Below, piece by piece: positions 1 through 11,483 of a stretch of DNA of 64,000 bases. Below the pieces are notes generated by a model, which saw nothing but the letters and a program-made list of their open reading frames with translations, was not told the origin of the DNA and ran no database searches. A program made the position numbers and the translations under genes. The stretch comes from Burkholderiales bacterium (GTDB lineage: Bacteria > Pseudomonadota > Gammaproteobacteria > Burkholderiales > WYBJ01), in contig JBIKKL010000001.1 of assembly GCA_044360365.1 (NCBI GenBank), positions 3,531 to 67,530 on the forward strand. The letters are read 5' to 3'. How positions within the stretch are numbered: the first letter of the stretch is position 1; the number at the start of each line of letters is the position of its first letter.

Positions 1-1027
1 CATCTTTCCGGGCTCGGGAACCGGCGCCTGGGAGGCGGCGCTGGTCAACACGCTCGATCCCGGCGCCAGGATCCTGATGGCAGAAACCGGACAGTTCGCC
101 ACCCTATGGAAGAACATGGCGCAGCGGCTCGGCCTCGACCCCGAGTTCATCCCGGGAGACTGGCGCCACGGCGCCGATGCCGAGGCGATTCGCGAACGCC
201 TGCAGGCCGACACCACGCATGAGATCAAGGCGGTCTGTGTCGTTCACAACGAAACGTCGACCGCAGTAACCACGCGCATCCCGCCGGTGCGTGCCGCCAT
301 CGATGCGGCGAAGCACCCCGCATTGCTCATGGTGGATACCATTTCGTCGCTCGGGTCGATCGACTACCGGCACGACGAATGGGGGGTGGACGTTACCATC
401 GGCGGATCGCAGAAAGGCCTCATGCTGCCGCCGGGCCTGTCGTTCAATGCCCTGAGCGATCGCGCCCTCGCCGCAGCGAAAGCCTCCGGAATGCCGAAGT
501 CGTACTGGTCCTGGGAGGAGATGCTCGCGCCTAACAAGAGCGGCTACTTCCCCTACACGCCGGCGACCAATCTCCTCTACGGCCTGCGCGAAGCCCTCAA
601 GATGCTGCTCGAAGAAGAAGGACTGCAGAACGCATTCCATCGACATACCCGGCACGCCGAAGCGGCGCGTGCCGCCGTCAAGGCCTGGGGGCTCGAGCTG
701 CAGGCGCGCAATCCTGCGGAGTACTCGAACGCGCTCACGGCCGTACGCATGCCAGCCGGCCACAGCGAAATCGGCTTTCGCAAGATTGCACTGGAGCGAT
801 TCGACATCTCGCTCGGCAGCGGCCTCGGTCAACTGACCGACAAGGTGTTTCGTATCGGCCACCTCGGCGACTTCAACGACCTCACGCTGATCGGCACGCT
901 CGCCGGCGTGGAGATGAGCCTGGAGCTTGCCGGGGTGCCGTTCGCCAAAGGCGGCGTCGCGGCGGCGATGAGCCAACTCGTCCGTGCCTCGTCGAGTGCG
1001 GCCGATCCCGTTCGCAGTGCGGCCTGA
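1..1027 (+). CDS. Class V (serine-glyoxylate / alanine-glyoxylate type) aminotransferase, 5'-truncated by the window edge
   Basis: The reading frame is open from nt 2 (IFPGSGTGAWEAALVNTL...) and runs into the track ORF 77..1027. A PLP-lysine context GGSQKGLMLPPGLSF is present, and the overall layout fits the AGT/SGAT family. Confidence 0.85.
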   Translation, partial: IFPGSGTGAWEAALVNTLDPGARILMAETGQFATLWKNMAQRLGLDPEFIPGDWRHGADAEAIRERLQADTTHEIKAVCVVHNETSTAVTTRIPPVRAAIDAAKHPALLMVDTISSLGSIDYRHDEWGVDVTIGGSQKGLMLPPGLSFNALSDRALAAAKASGMPKSYWSWEEMLAPNKSGYFPYTPATNLLYGLREALKMLLEEEGLQNAFHRHTRHAEAARAAVKAWGLELQARNPAEYSNALTAVRMPAGHSEIGFRKIALERFDISLGSGLGQLTDKVFRIGHLGDFNDLTLIGTLAGVEMSLELAGVPFAKGGVAAAMSQLVRASSSAADPVRSAA

Positions 1028-1067
1028 TCCAACGCGGCGCAACGCCGGCACGCGAGTCCGGCACCGC

Positions 1068-1073
1068 TAGAAT
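1068..1073 (+). promoter_or_regulatory. Possible -10 element TAGAAT upstream of the tctC-like gene
   Basis: TAGAAT lies 72 nt upstream of the ATG at 1145. The same hexamer recurs in four intergenic regions of this window. The -35 is weak. Confidence 0.25.
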
Positions 1074-1144
1074 TACGCCGGCTTGCCTCCCGGCAAGACC
1101 GCTTCACCCACGTTAGTTTTCATGTCATCGAAGAAGGATCGACC

Positions 1145-2137
1145 ATGTATCGCGCATCCCCATCGCCGTTCGCCACCCTGACGCTCGCCACCGCCGCCAC
1201 GGCGCTGATCGGCTTGAGCCTGCCGAGCGCGGCGCAATCGAACTTTCCGACGCGCCCGGTTCGGCTCATCAACCCGTACACGCCGGGCGGTTCCGTCGAT
1301 CTGGTCGGGCGTTCGCTCGCCGCCGGATTGACCGAGATCTGGGGCCAGCAGGTCCTCGTCGACAACCGGCCCGGCGCCGGCACGATGATCGGCACCGAGG
1401 CTGTGGTCCGCGCGGAGCCCGACGGCTACACGATGCTGGTGACCAGTACGGCCATTTCGATCCTGACCAGCATGTACAAGAACATCCGCTTCGATCCGGT
1501 ACGTGATCTCGCCCCTGTGGCATTGACCGCGGTGAGCCCGATGATTCTTGTCACGCATCCGAGCCTGCCGACGAAGACCGCGAAAGAACTCGTTTCGCTG
1601 GCGAAATCCCGGCCGGGCAAGATCGCCGGTGCGTCGTCAGGCGTCGGCACCACGACGCATCTGACGCTCGAGATGTTCAAGGCAGCAGCGAAGATCGACA
1701 TCCTGCACGTGCCCTACAAGGGCGGCGGCCCCGCCATCGCCGATCTGATCGGCGGACAAACGCAGGTCCACTTCAACACGCCGGGCACGCTGCTCCCGCA
1801 CGTCAAGGCCGGGAAGCTGCGCGCACTGGGCATCACCAGTCTGAAGCGGGCAGACTTCGCCCCCGAGCTTCCGCCCATCGCGGAGTCCGGAGTGCCGGGC
1901 TTCGAATCGACGGTCTGGTATGGCGTCTACGGTCCGAAGGCGCTGCCTGCACCGCTGATGCAGCGCTGGAGCGATACGATCAACCAGTATCTGAAAACAC
2001 CGGCAGCCCAGGAGCATCTCAAGCGCAGTCACATGATCGGCAATCCGAACACGCCCGCGCAGTTCGCCGAGTTCCACAAGCGCGAGACCGAACGTTGGGC
2101 GGTCGTCATGAAATCAGCCGGCATCACGCCGCAATAG
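1145..2137 (+). CDS. Bug-family (TctC-like) tripartite tricarboxylate transporter substrate-binding protein
   Basis: Signal peptide ...ALIGLSLPSAAQS is followed by FPTRPVRLINPYTPGGSVDLVGR and DNRPGAGT, which are typical Bug/TctC motifs. An AAGGA Shine-Dalgarno (SD) sequence precedes the ATG. Confidence 0.9.
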   Translation: MYRASPSPFATLTLATAATALIGLSLPSAAQSNFPTRPVRLINPYTPGGSVDLVGRSLAAGLTEIWGQQVLVDNRPGAGTMIGTEAVVRAEPDGYTMLVTSTAISILTSMYKNIRFDPVRDLAPVALTAVSPMILVTHPSLPTKTAKELVSLAKSRPGKIAGASSGVGTTTHLTLEMFKAAAKIDILHVPYKGGGPAIADLIGGQTQVHFNTPGTLLPHVKAGKLRALGITSLKRADFAPELPPIAESGVPGFESTVWYGVYGPKALPAPLMQRWSDTINQYLKTPAAQEHLKRSHMIGNPNTPAQFAEFHKRETERWAVVMKSAGITPQ

Positions 2138-2423
2138 CACTCGACCGTACATCGGTCGAAGCCGCCCGGCAGTCCGGCGCACGCGCGATTGGCTCTAGGC
2201 TGCACTTGCGGCGCTCAGCACCCCTGTGCTCGAATCGTCGCACGCCCCCGGACCGGCGCAAAGGATTGCCGCCATCGAACCCAAGCCGCCCTTCGATTCG
2301 CGCGTATCGCCTGCGACGACGACTCGAACCCGCTCGCAGCGGGCGGTCCGGCGTGCCGCACGACATTCTGCGATCGCAACCCTCGGACAAGATGCACTCT
2401 CCGGGACGACACCCGCCGTCCTC

Positions 2424-3611
2424 ATGGAACGGTCGGTACACCTGCTGGCCGAAGTGTTCAAGGTCGATGCGGTCGTGATCCTGCAACTCTCGGCAGACGA
2501 AAGGGTACTTCGTCCGCGCGCCATCTTCGGCCTCGACGCGCGGCAACTCGCCGATCGAGCCTTGGAAATCGAAGGCGATTCACTCGCCAGTTTTGTCGTG
2601 CATCAACATCATCCGGTGATCATTGCCGACCTCGCCGCGGAAACACGCTTTCGCCCCTCGGACATCCTGCTCGCTCGCGGCGTGGTTTCCGGCATCAGCG
2701 TCGTGATACGCGGACGAACCCGTCCCTACGGCGTGCTGTCGATGTTTCACACCCGAAAACGTCGCTTCGAGTCCGAGGAAGCAAGCACGCTCGCCTCCGC
2801 AGCAAACGTGATCGGCATGGCGATCGAACGCGCCGAGACCGAAGAGCAACTGCGCAGTATTCGCGAAGAACTGCTGCGCTTGAACAACGATCTCGAACAT
2901 CGCGTCGCGGCGCGCACCACCGAACTCGAAGCGGCCTATCGGGAAGCGGAAGCGCTCTCCTATTCGATTGCGCATGACCTGCGCGCGCCGCTGCGAGCCA
3001 TCAGCGGCTACGCGAAGATCCTCGAGGAAGAACTCGCGCCCATCCTGCCGCCGCAAGCTCAGAATTACCTCGATCGCATGAGCAGCAATGCCGTGCGTCT
3101 CGGAACGCTGATCGATGCATTGCTGGCGCTGCAGCGTTTGTCACGGCAACCGCTCGCACGCAGCAGGATACCCCTGAGCGAAGCAGTCGAGGACGCACTC
3201 GCCTGGCTGCGCAGCGAGCAGCCGGGGCGCGACATCGAGATCGTGGTGGACGAACTGGGCGTAGCCGAGGTCGATCCTGCGCTGATGCGTCTTGCCTTCG
3301 CAAATCTGCTCTCGAACGCCCTCAAGTTCACGCGCGGCCGCAGTCCGGCCCGCGTCACCGTCGGCAAGATCGACCGCGACGGCGAGCGCATCTACTTCGT
3401 GGAGGACAACGGCGCGGGCTTCGACATGCGCTTCGCCGACAAGCTCTTCGGCGTATTTCAGCGACTGCATCCCGAATCGGAGTACGAAGGCAGCGGCATC
3501 GGCCTGGCGAGCGTGTACCGCATCGTCACGCGCCACGGCGGACGCATCTGGGCCGCCGCCGAAGTCGATCGCGGGGCGACATTTTTCTTCACGCTCGGCG
3601 CCGTCGAATAG
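2424..3611 (+). CDS. GAF-domain sensor histidine kinase (GAF-HisKA-HATPase), orphan (no adjacent response regulator)
   Basis: H-box SIAHDLRAPLRAISGY, N-box FANLLSNALKF, G-boxes VEDNGAGFD and GSGIGLA, with an N-terminal GAF-like segment. The ORF is open from 2226, but the first 66 codons are low-complexity. I prefer the ATG at 2424; the start remains uncertain. Confidence 0.85.
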   Translation: MERSVHLLAEVFKVDAVVILQLSADERVLRPRAIFGLDARQLADRALEIEGDSLASFVVHQHHPVIIADLAAETRFRPSDILLARGVVSGISVVIRGRTRPYGVLSMFHTRKRRFESEEASTLASAANVIGMAIERAETEEQLRSIREELLRLNNDLEHRVAARTTELEAAYREAEALSYSIAHDLRAPLRAISGYAKILEEELAPILPPQAQNYLDRMSSNAVRLGTLIDALLALQRLSRQPLARSRIPLSEAVEDALAWLRSEQPGRDIEIVVDELGVAEVDPALMRLAFANLLSNALKFTRGRSPARVTVGKIDRDGERIYFVEDNGAGFDMRFADKLFGVFQRLHPESEYEGSGIGLASVYRIVTRHGGRIWAAAEVDRGATFFFTLGAVE

Positions 3612-3814
3612 CACAGGAAGCACGCGACCACCGCCCATCCGGGAGATCGGCGGGTGTCCGAAAATCGAATCTCTGTTCGTGGGCGATCGGCCTCGACACG
3701 CCATCGGCATAGACTCGCCTTTCACTCGCGTTCCGATGCGCCCAATGCACGGCTGGTCTGCCCGAGGAGTCGATGCGCCCGGCGCGATCGGGCCGTGAAA
3801 AAGCCGCCTCGTCC

Positions 3815-4534
3815 TCAGGCTCGCTGCAACAGCCCCTCGTATGCGTTGGCGATGCTTTGCAGCGATTCGGCGCATCGGGTTCGAGTCGATGACCCGTGCA
3901 TGATCGCGAGCATCTGCGGCTGCAGCGATGCGAGTCGGCGTAGGGTCTTCGGCGTTTCGGACGACAAGGCTGTGGCGTGAAAGATCGCTTCAGCTGCCAT
4001 CGCCGGGCCTACGATATCTGCATCGGTCAGGGGCGGACCATCGCCCGCATGCGTAAAGAGATCACCGCAGAAGAGCGTCTTCGTGGCCTCCTCGAAAAGA
4101 ACGCGCGCTTCCCAGTTGTGCGGAACGTGGGGCGTATCGATGTGCCGAACGCGCCTGCCCCCGAGGTCGATGACCTCGCCGTCGGCAAGTCTGCGCGGCG
4201 GTCGGTCGCACAGATCATCGAGCGAAACCATGCAACCGATCGCGCCATGGGCCACCTGGGCGCGGGGTGCCGCCGCGAGAAACTCGTTCATTGCGCCGCA
4301 CTCGTCGGATTCGACATGCCCAAAGGCGATCCACCTGAGCCGTTCCAGAGGAACGATGCGGGCGATCGCCTGGGAGACGAGCGGAAACATTCGCCGCGGG
4401 CCCGTATGGAACAGAAGCGGTTCGTCGGCGTCCACGAGAAACTGGTTGAACGTGAAGCCGCCCGGGGCCGCATCCGCAACGCACGTCGAAATGCGGTAGA
4501 TGCGATCGGCGATCTCGTAACTTCTGGTCTGCAT
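3815..4534 (-). CDS. MBL-fold metallo-hydrolase, flavodiiron/ODP-like beta-lactamase domain
   Basis: FGHVESDECG (an HxExD-type metal motif) and HIDTPHVPH. The 239-aa size fits a stand-alone MBL domain. Confidence 0.75.
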   Translation of the reverse strand: MQTRSYEIADRIYRISTCVADAAPGGFTFNQFLVDADEPLLFHTGPRRMFPLVSQAIARIVPLERLRWIAFGHVESDECGAMNEFLAAAPRAQVAHGAIGCMVSLDDLCDRPPRRLADGEVIDLGGRRVRHIDTPHVPHNWEARVLFEEATKTLFCGDLFTHAGDGPPLTDADIVGPAMAAEAIFHATALSSETPKTLRRLASLQPQMLAIMHGSSTRTRCAESLQSIANAYEGLLQRA

Positions 4535-4637
4535 CTGAGCGCTCCTGCCAACGGTATGCGGCCATTATGCCCGCTTGACCGATGCGCACGGGGTGCCCCC
4601 TGCCTCCTGCGCAGGTTCATCGCTTCGCCGGTGATCT

Positions 4638-5621
4638 TCAGGGTTCGTCGTCTTCGCCGGCCGAACCGGCCGCAGCGCGCGTCAATCGGTCCAGGATTGC
4701 GGACCACTCGGCTCGCTCGGGAGGACGCTCGACGATGATCATGTCGGCACGCGCGGCATCCAGATCGCGCAGATTCGCATAGAGCGCATGCGCATACGCT
4801 TCGGCCGCGGTCGATGCCACCCGCCAGGTGAGCCCCGACACCAGCGGCTGCAGCGCGCTGAACGACAACACTGCGAGGCGCTTGCCCTGCCGCGCCAGGC
4901 TATGCACGAGTTCGAGCGCCACGTCGGGCTCGACCAACATGAGCGGCGTACCCGGCGCATAGTGGGCTTTCAGCGTACCGGGAGCCCTGGGAGCGGTCTC
5001 GCCGGGCCGGGCGATCTCTTCATTCAATACCGCCCGCAGCGCTTCGATCGACACGCCACCCGGACGCAGCAGCACCGGCTGCCCGCCACGGATATCGACG
5101 ATCGTGGACTCGATCCCGACATCGCAGTCACCGCCTTCGAGGATGAAGGGCACGTCATCGCCGAACTCGCTGCGCACGTGGTCCGCCGTCGTGGCGCTGA
5201 CGTGCCCGAAGCGATTCGCGGACGGACCGGCAATGCCGCCGCCGAACGCCTGCAGCAACGCCTGCGCCACCGGATGCACCGGCACCCGGATGGCGACGCT
5301 GTCCTGTCCACCCGTCACGATGTCCGGCACAAGGGCCGAGCGGCGAAAGATCATGGTCAGCGGTCCCGGCCAGAACCGGGCGGCAAGGGTGGCCGCCCGT
5401 TCGGGTACGTCGAGCACCCAGGCCGACAACTGCGCCGCGCTCGCAAGATGCACGATGACCGGATGCGTGCTGGGACGCCCCTTCAGCGCATAGATCTTGG
5501 CGACGGCCGCGGGGTTCGAAGCATCGGCACCCAGGCCGTACACCGTCTCGGTGGGAAAGGCGACGACCTCTCCAGCCCGGAGCAAAGCCGCCGCGCGCGC
5601 GATGTCGTCGTTCGAAACCAT
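4638..5621 (-). CDS. L-threonylcarbamoyladenylate synthase (Sua5/YrdC type, with C-terminal Sua5 domain)
   Basis: The N-terminus reads AAALLRAGEVVAFPTETVYGLGADA (YrdC fold), followed by PSANRFG. The 327-aa length fits the long Sua5 form. Confidence 0.9.
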   Translation of the reverse strand: MVSNDDIARAAALLRAGEVVAFPTETVYGLGADASNPAAVAKIYALKGRPSTHPVIVHLASAAQLSAWVLDVPERAATLAARFWPGPLTMIFRRSALVPDIVTGGQDSVAIRVPVHPVAQALLQAFGGGIAGPSANRFGHVSATTADHVRSEFGDDVPFILEGGDCDVGIESTIVDIRGGQPVLLRPGGVSIEALRAVLNEEIARPGETAPRAPGTLKAHYAPGTPLMLVEPDVALELVHSLARQGKRLAVLSFSALQPLVSGLTWRVASTAAEAYAHALYANLRDLDAARADMIIVERPPERAEWSAILDRLTRAAAGSAGEDDEP

Positions 5622-5636
5622 GCGGTGCTCACGCCC

Positions 5637-6527
5637 TCAGGCGGTCAACAGTCGAAACGCCTCGGCATACTTCTCCGAGGTGCGCGCAAGAATGTCGGGG
5701 GGCAGTGCCGGCGCGGGCGCCTTCTTGTTCCATGGCTGAGTCTCCAGCCAATCGCGCACGAACTGCTTGTCGAAGGAGGGCGGATTCGTGCCGACGCGAT
5801 ACTCGGATGCCGGCCAGAAGCGCGAGGAGTCGGGGGTGAGCGCTTCGTCGATGAGATGCAGCTTGCCTTGCCCATCGACGCCGAACTCGAACTTCGTGTC
5901 GGCGATGATGATGCCGCGAGTGGCCGCATAGGCCGCCGCTTCGCTGTACAACTGGATCGCATAGCGGCGCGCCTGCACCGCATGGCTCGCACCGACGATT
6001 CGTTCTGCCTCGGCGAAGTCGATGTTCTCGTCGTGCGAGCCGGCGGGCGCCTTGGTCGCGGGCGTGAATATCGGCTCGGGCAGCTGCTGCGCTTCCTGCA
6101 TGCCGGCCGGCAGGGCAATGCCGCAGACCTTGCCTGTCGTTTGGTAGTCTTTCCAGCCCGAGCCCGCGAGATAGCCGCGTACGACCGCTTCGATCATGAG
6201 CGGCCTGAACTTGTGCACGACCATGGCCCGGCCTGCGATCTGCGCTCGCTCCTCGGGGGCGACCACTGACAACGGATCGATACCGGTCAGGTGATTGGAT
6301 ACGACATGCTTCAGGCGCTCGAACCAGAAGAAGGACATGGCCGTGAGCACTTCGCCCTTGCCGGGAATCGGTGTCGGCAGGATCACGTCGAACGCCGAGA
6401 GCCGATCGGTCTGGACAACGAGGAGCTTGTCTTCTCCAACCGCATAGAGGTCGCGCACCTTGCCGCGATGCAGGAAGGGCAGACTCTTCAGATTCGTTTC
6501 GAGCAGCGGCGTGGTGGTATGCGCCAT
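5637..6527 (-). CDS. purC: Phosphoribosylaminoimidazole-succinocarboxamide synthase
   Basis: [28 protein letters not shown] is a canonical SAICAR synthase motif. The start is set at MAHTTT (ATG 6527), not at the longer ORF start 6710. Confidence 0.95.
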   Translation of the reverse strand: MAHTTTPLLETNLKSLPFLHRGKVRDLYAVGEDKLLVVQTDRLSAFDVILPTPIPGKGEVLTAMSFFWFERLKHVVSNHLTGIDPLSVVAPEERAQIAGRAMVVHKFRPLMIEAVVRGYLAGSGWKDYQTTGKVCGIALPAGMQEAQQLPEPIFTPATKAPAGSHDENIDFAEAERIVGASHAVQARRYAIQLYSEAAAYAATRGIIIADTKFEFGVDGQGKLHLIDEALTPDSSRFWPASEYRVGTNPPSFDKQFVRDWLETQPWNKKAPAPALPPDILARTSEKYAEAFRLLTA

Positions 6528-6594
6528 GGTGGCCTTCCTGGTGTCCAAAGTCAGAGATTCGTCGAAGAACAGCTCATCGCAGACACTGAGCGAT

Positions 6595-7721
6595 CTATCC
6601 GCCGGCCGCCCGCGGCAGTGATGCGCGCAACGCGAGCGCGTCGCGCAGGGTGGCATCCACGGTGGTACCGAGCACCGTGAAATGACCCATCTTGCGTCCC
6701 TGCCTTGCATCGCGCTTGCCGTACAGGTGCAGCTTCGCCCCCGGATGTTCGAGGAGCTTTTCCCACTGCGGCTCGCCGCCCGCCCAGGATTCCCCGAGGA
6801 GATTCACCATGACCGACGGTCCGTGGATTGCGGTCGATCCCAACGGCAAGCGGGCCATGATGCGCGCCTGCTGCTCGAACTGCGACGTGATGCAGGCATC
6901 GATCGTGTAGTGGCCGCTATTGTGCGGACGCGGTGCGATCTCGTTGGCCAGCAGCGTGCCACCCACGACGAAGAACTCCACGCACATCACGCCCACGTAG
7001 CCCAGCTGCTCGGCAACCGCGCGGGTGGCCTCCTGCGCCTGCATCGCGAGCGTAGGGGCGATCCGGCCGGGGACGATCGACACATCGAGGATGCCGTTCG
7101 CGTGCATGTTTTCAGCGACGGGATAAGCGACGCATGCACCGGTATCCGAGCGCGCAACGACGACCGACACCTCGCAGTCGAAGGCAAGCATGCGCTCCAG
7201 GACGCACGGTTCGCCGCCCATCGCAATAAAGGCAGAGCGCGCCTGTTCGATATCGGCAACCCGCGCCTGCCCCTTGCCGTCGTAGCCGAACCGGCTTCGC
7301 TTCAGGATGCCGGGCAGCAACGATGTGTCGACATTGGAAAAATCCTGCTCGCTTCGAATCACGGCGTAAGGCCCGACGCCGACCACACCCGCCAGGAAGG
7401 CCTTTTCGCGGATCCGATCCTGCGCCACCGCAACACTGTCGGCGCCCGGGGTCACGAAGCAATCGCGGGCAAGACGGCGCAAGGCATCGGCCGGCACATT
7501 TTCGAATTCGGTCGTCACTGCTGCGCACTGGGCCGCCAGCCGACTCAATGCTGCGTCATCGAGATAGTCGGCCCGGATGCAGGCATCCGCGACATCGCCC
7601 GCCGGACTGTGGTCGCCTGGATCCACCACCAACACGCGATAACCCATGCTCTGGGCAGCCATGCTGAACATTCGTCCGAGCTGCCCGCCACCGAGCAGCC
7701 CCAGCCATGCACCGGGCGCGA

Positions 7722-7725
<4 letters not shown>
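6595..7725 (-). CDS. purK: N5-carboxyaminoimidazole ribonucleotide synthase
   Basis: [20 protein letters not shown] is an ATP-grasp N-terminus. The ATG at 7725 forms an ATGA overlap with the purE stop. The 571-aa track ORF is an artefactual 5' extension running through purE. Confidence 0.95.
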
Positions 7726-8216
<491 letters not shown>

Positions 8217-8246
8217 GCTGCGAATTCCCTGCGTCGTCAAAACTCG

Positions 8247-8252
8247 ATTCTA
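8247..8252 (-). promoter_or_regulatory. Possible -10 element (TAGAAT on the minus strand) for the purEKC operon
   Basis: The plus strand reads ATTCTA. TTTTCG lies 17 nt upstream as a weak -35. Confidence 0.3.
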
Positions 8253-8452
8253 ATCGAACGGGCACAGCCCGAAAATTTGATCGCCCTTCGATGCCGCCAC
8301 CTCGGTGCAATGCGCATTGCCGAGAGTGCGTGTTACGATCGACGCGCGTCGACGCCGATGCAGGTCAGCAGCGGCGTGCGTACCGGAACGAAACCGACGC
8401 CCCACATCTCTCCCGCTCGATTGTTCGTAGCTCACACACCAGGAGGAACACC

Positions 8453-9223
8453 ATGGCCGACCCCGGCATGCACAAAGGCGACGAGTTCGCCGGCAAAGTT
8501 GCACTCGTTACCGGCGCTGCCCGCAACATCGGACGCGCAGTGGCACTGTCGCTCGCTTCAGGCGGCGCCAAGGTCGCTGTCTGCACTCGCGCCGACATGG
8601 ACCAGGCCCGCTCCGTGGTCGAGGAAGTCAAGGCGCTCGGCAGCGATGCCGCCGCGTTCAGTGCCGATCTCGCCGATCCGGTCGCGACCCGCAAGATGGT
8701 CGAAGACGCCATCGCCCGCTTCGGCCGCCTGGACATCCTCGTGCTCAATGCAGCGATTCGCGAGCACGATAGTTTCGAGAACCTCACCTACGAAGACTGG
8801 CGGCGTGTCCTCGCCACCGATCTAGACAGCGTCTTCGTCGCGACGTCGGCCGCACTGCCGGCGCTGAAGAAGGCCGGGGACGGCGTGATCGTGACCTTCG
8901 CCGGCGTCACCGCACTGCTCGGCGCGAAGGGCCGCCCGCACGTTGCAGCAGCCAAACACGGCATCGTCGGACTGACCAAGGCCCTCGCCCAGGATCTCTC
9001 CGACTACGGCATCCGCGTCAACTGCGTCTCGCCGGGGCAGATCGATACATCGCGCAAGGCCGGCACCGAACGCCCCTCGCGCGTGACCGACATCCCGCTC
9101 GGCCGCAAGGGCACGTCTTTCGAAGTCGCAGCCATGGTGCGACAGCTCTGCGGGCCGGCCGGCGGTTACATGACCGGGCAGACGATCCACATCAACGGTG
9201 GCCTGTCGAACTCGGGCGTTTGA
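8453..9223 (+). CDS. SDR-family oxidoreductase
   Basis: VALVTGAARNIGRAVA (Rossmann TGxxxxxG), NAA, and a catalytic-region AAKHG (Y replaced in the YxxxK context). AGGAGG lies 6 nt upstream of the ATG at 8453. Confidence 0.85.
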   Translation: MADPGMHKGDEFAGKVALVTGAARNIGRAVALSLASGGAKVAVCTRADMDQARSVVEEVKALGSDAAAFSADLADPVATRKMVEDAIARFGRLDILVLNAAIREHDSFENLTYEDWRRVLATDLDSVFVATSAALPALKKAGDGVIVTFAGVTALLGAKGRPHVAAAKHGIVGLTKALAQDLSDYGIRVNCVSPGQIDTSRKAGTERPSRVTDIPLGRKGTSFEVAAMVRQLCGPAGGYMTGQTIHINGGLSNSGV

Positions 9224-9366
9224 CGTCGCAGGCACTGCGCCGCAGGCAGTCGAGGGCGTCCTTCGGGGCGCCCTTTTCATTCCATCGAGGGCCGACGATC
9301 GGAAAGCCGATCGGTTCCCCCATGCTAAGATTCGACGCAACCCACGTCGTCCAGTCCCGAACTTCC

Positions 9367-11445
9367 ATGACCGATTCCAAGTTCGCGCGCGCCCTGCTCG
9401 CGCCACAGTCTGTCGCGCTCGTCGGCGCCTCCGCAGACATCAAGAAGAACACCGCACGCCCGCAACGATACCTGCGCGAGCACGGCTACACCGGCGCGAT
9501 CGTGCCGATCAACAATACTGCCGCCGAATGCCTGGGCGAGAAGGCCTATCCCTCGCTCGACGACGCACCTGACGGCATCGAACACGCGCTGATCATGGTG
9601 CCCGGCAAGTACGTGCTCGGTGTCATCGAGCAATGCGTACGCAAGAAGATTCCGATGGCCTCGATCTACAGCGACGGCTTTGCGGAAACCGGCGACGAGG
9701 GCCGCAAGCTGCAGGAGCAGCTTGTCGCGGTTGCCCGTGCAGGCGGCATGCGCCTCACGGGGCCGAACTGCATGGGCGTGATCAACACCCATATGCCGTG
9801 TGCCCTGTCCATCAACGCCGTGCTCGACATCGACCAGCTCATCAAGGGCCGCGTCGGGCTGGTCTCGCAAAGCGGCAGCGTCATGGGCGCGCTGCTCTCG
9901 CGCGGGCAGGCGCGTGGCGTCGGCTTCTCGAAGCTCGTCTCGGTCGGCAACGAATGCGATCTGTCCGTAGGCGAAATCGTGGACATCCTGGTCGACGATG
10001 CCGATACCGACGTGATCCTCATGTTCCTCGAAACGATACGAAAGCCCGAGCTGCTGGCACAGGCCGCGCTGCGTGCGCATCAGGCCGGCAAGCCGATCGT
10101 CGTGTACAAGCTCGGCCGCTCCGAAGTCGCACGCGAACTCGCTGCATCGCATACGGGGGCCATGACCGGCTCGGACGACAGCGCCAACGCCTTCTTTCGT
10201 CGCTACGGCATCATGCGCGTCGATACGCTAGAAGCGATGATCGAAGCGCCGCAGTTTCTCCTGCGCGCGAAGCCGCCGAAGGGCCGCCGCATCGCCGTGC
10301 TCACGACGACCGGCGGCGGTGCAGCGACGGTCGTGGACAACATGGGGCGGCTGGGACTCGACGTCGTCCCGCCGACGGACCAGGTCATCGAGAACCTTGC
10401 TGCGAAGAACATCCACATCCACAAGGCAGCACTCACCGACCTCACGATGGCCGGCACGCGCAAGGAGATCTATAGCGCCGTGCTCGACGAACTGCTGCGC
10501 TCGGATCACTGCGATGCCATCCTGGCCGTCGTCGGCTCGTCGAGCCAATTCCATCCGCAGCACGCGGTGGAGCCCATCGTCGAGGCGATGCCCACGCGCA
10601 AGCCGCTCGTGACGTTCCTCGTTCCCGATGCCGTGCGCTCGCTGGAACTGCTGCATGAAGCCGGCGTCGCAGCCTTCCGAACACCGGAGTCCTGTGCCGA
10701 TGCACTGGCTGCCTATTTCAACTGGCAGATCCCCGCCGCATTACCCAAAGGCGACGAGCGCACCGCCGCAGCTTCGGCCCTGCTCGCCGCAGCCACCGGG
10801 AAACAGCTGAACGAGCATGCAGCCTGCAACGTCTTCTCAGCCCTCGGCGTGCCGATCGCCCGTACACAGGTCATCTCAACGGCAGACGAGAAGGTCGACA
10901 TTCGCTTCCCGGTCGTGGCCAAGATCCTCTCGCCCGATATCCTGCACAAGACCGAAGCCGGTGGCGTCGAGTTGAACATCGCGGATGCCGGCGCGCTGCG
11001 CGGCGCCGCGAACCGCATCCTGGAGCGCGTTGCCGCCGCTCGTCCCGGTGCCCGCATCGAGGGCATCCTCGTGCAGGAAATGAAGCAGGGGCGAGGCGAA
11101 GTGATCCTCGGCTACAAGCGTGATCCCCAGGTCGGCCCGGTCGTGGTTCTGGGCGTGGGTGGGACGCTTGCCGAGATCTATCGCGACTTTTGTGTGCGCA
11201 TCGCCCCCGTCTCGGTGGAAGAAGCGCACGCAATGATCGAACAGGTGAAGGGCCTCGCATTGCTGCGCGGCTACCGCGGCCAACCCAAGGGCGACCTGGA
11301 TGCGCTGGCACACACGGTGGCTGCCTTCTCGAACCTCGCGGTACTTTCCGAGCACGACATCGCCGAAGCCGAGATCAACCCGCTCATCGTCGCGGGCGAA
11401 GGGGAAGGCGTCGCCGCAGTGGACGGCCTGATCGTATTCTCATAA
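9367..11445 (+). CDS. ADP-forming acyl-CoA synthetase (acetate--CoA ligase family; CoA-binding + ATP-grasp)
   Basis: PQSVALVGAS...ARP is a CoA-binding N-terminus. The middle is succinyl-CoA-synthetase-like (GPNCMGV, SQSGS), and the C-terminus is ATP-grasp (FPVVAKILSPDILHKTEAGGV). The start is chosen at MTDSKF. Confidence 0.85.
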   Translation: MTDSKFARALLAPQSVALVGASADIKKNTARPQRYLREHGYTGAIVPINNTAAECLGEKAYPSLDDAPDGIEHALIMVPGKYVLGVIEQCVRKKIPMASIYSDGFAETGDEGRKLQEQLVAVARAGGMRLTGPNCMGVINTHMPCALSINAVLDIDQLIKGRVGLVSQSGSVMGALLSRGQARGVGFSKLVSVGNECDLSVGEIVDILVDDADTDVILMFLETIRKPELLAQAALRAHQAGKPIVVYKLGRSEVARELAASHTGAMTGSDDSANAFFRRYGIMRVDTLEAMIEAPQFLLRAKPPKGRRIAVLTTTGGGAATVVDNMGRLGLDVVPPTDQVIENLAAKNIHIHKAALTDLTMAGTRKEIYSAVLDELLRSDHCDAILAVVGSSSQFHPQHAVEPIVEAMPTRKPLVTFLVPDAVRSLELLHEAGVAAFRTPESCADALAAYFNWQIPAALPKGDERTAAASALLAAATGKQLNEHAACNVFSALGVPIARTQVISTADEKVDIRFPVVAKILSPDILHKTEAGGVELNIADAGALRGAANRILERVAAARPGARIEGILVQEMKQGRGEVILGYKRDPQVGPVVVLGVGGTLAEIYRDFCVRIAPVSVEEAHAMIEQVKGLALLRGYRGQPKGDLDALAHTVAAFSNLAVLSEHDIAEAEINPLIVAGEGEGVAAVDGLIVFS

Positions 11446-11483
11446 CGATGCCGGGAAAGCTGCATCCGGCGCACGGAGGAACC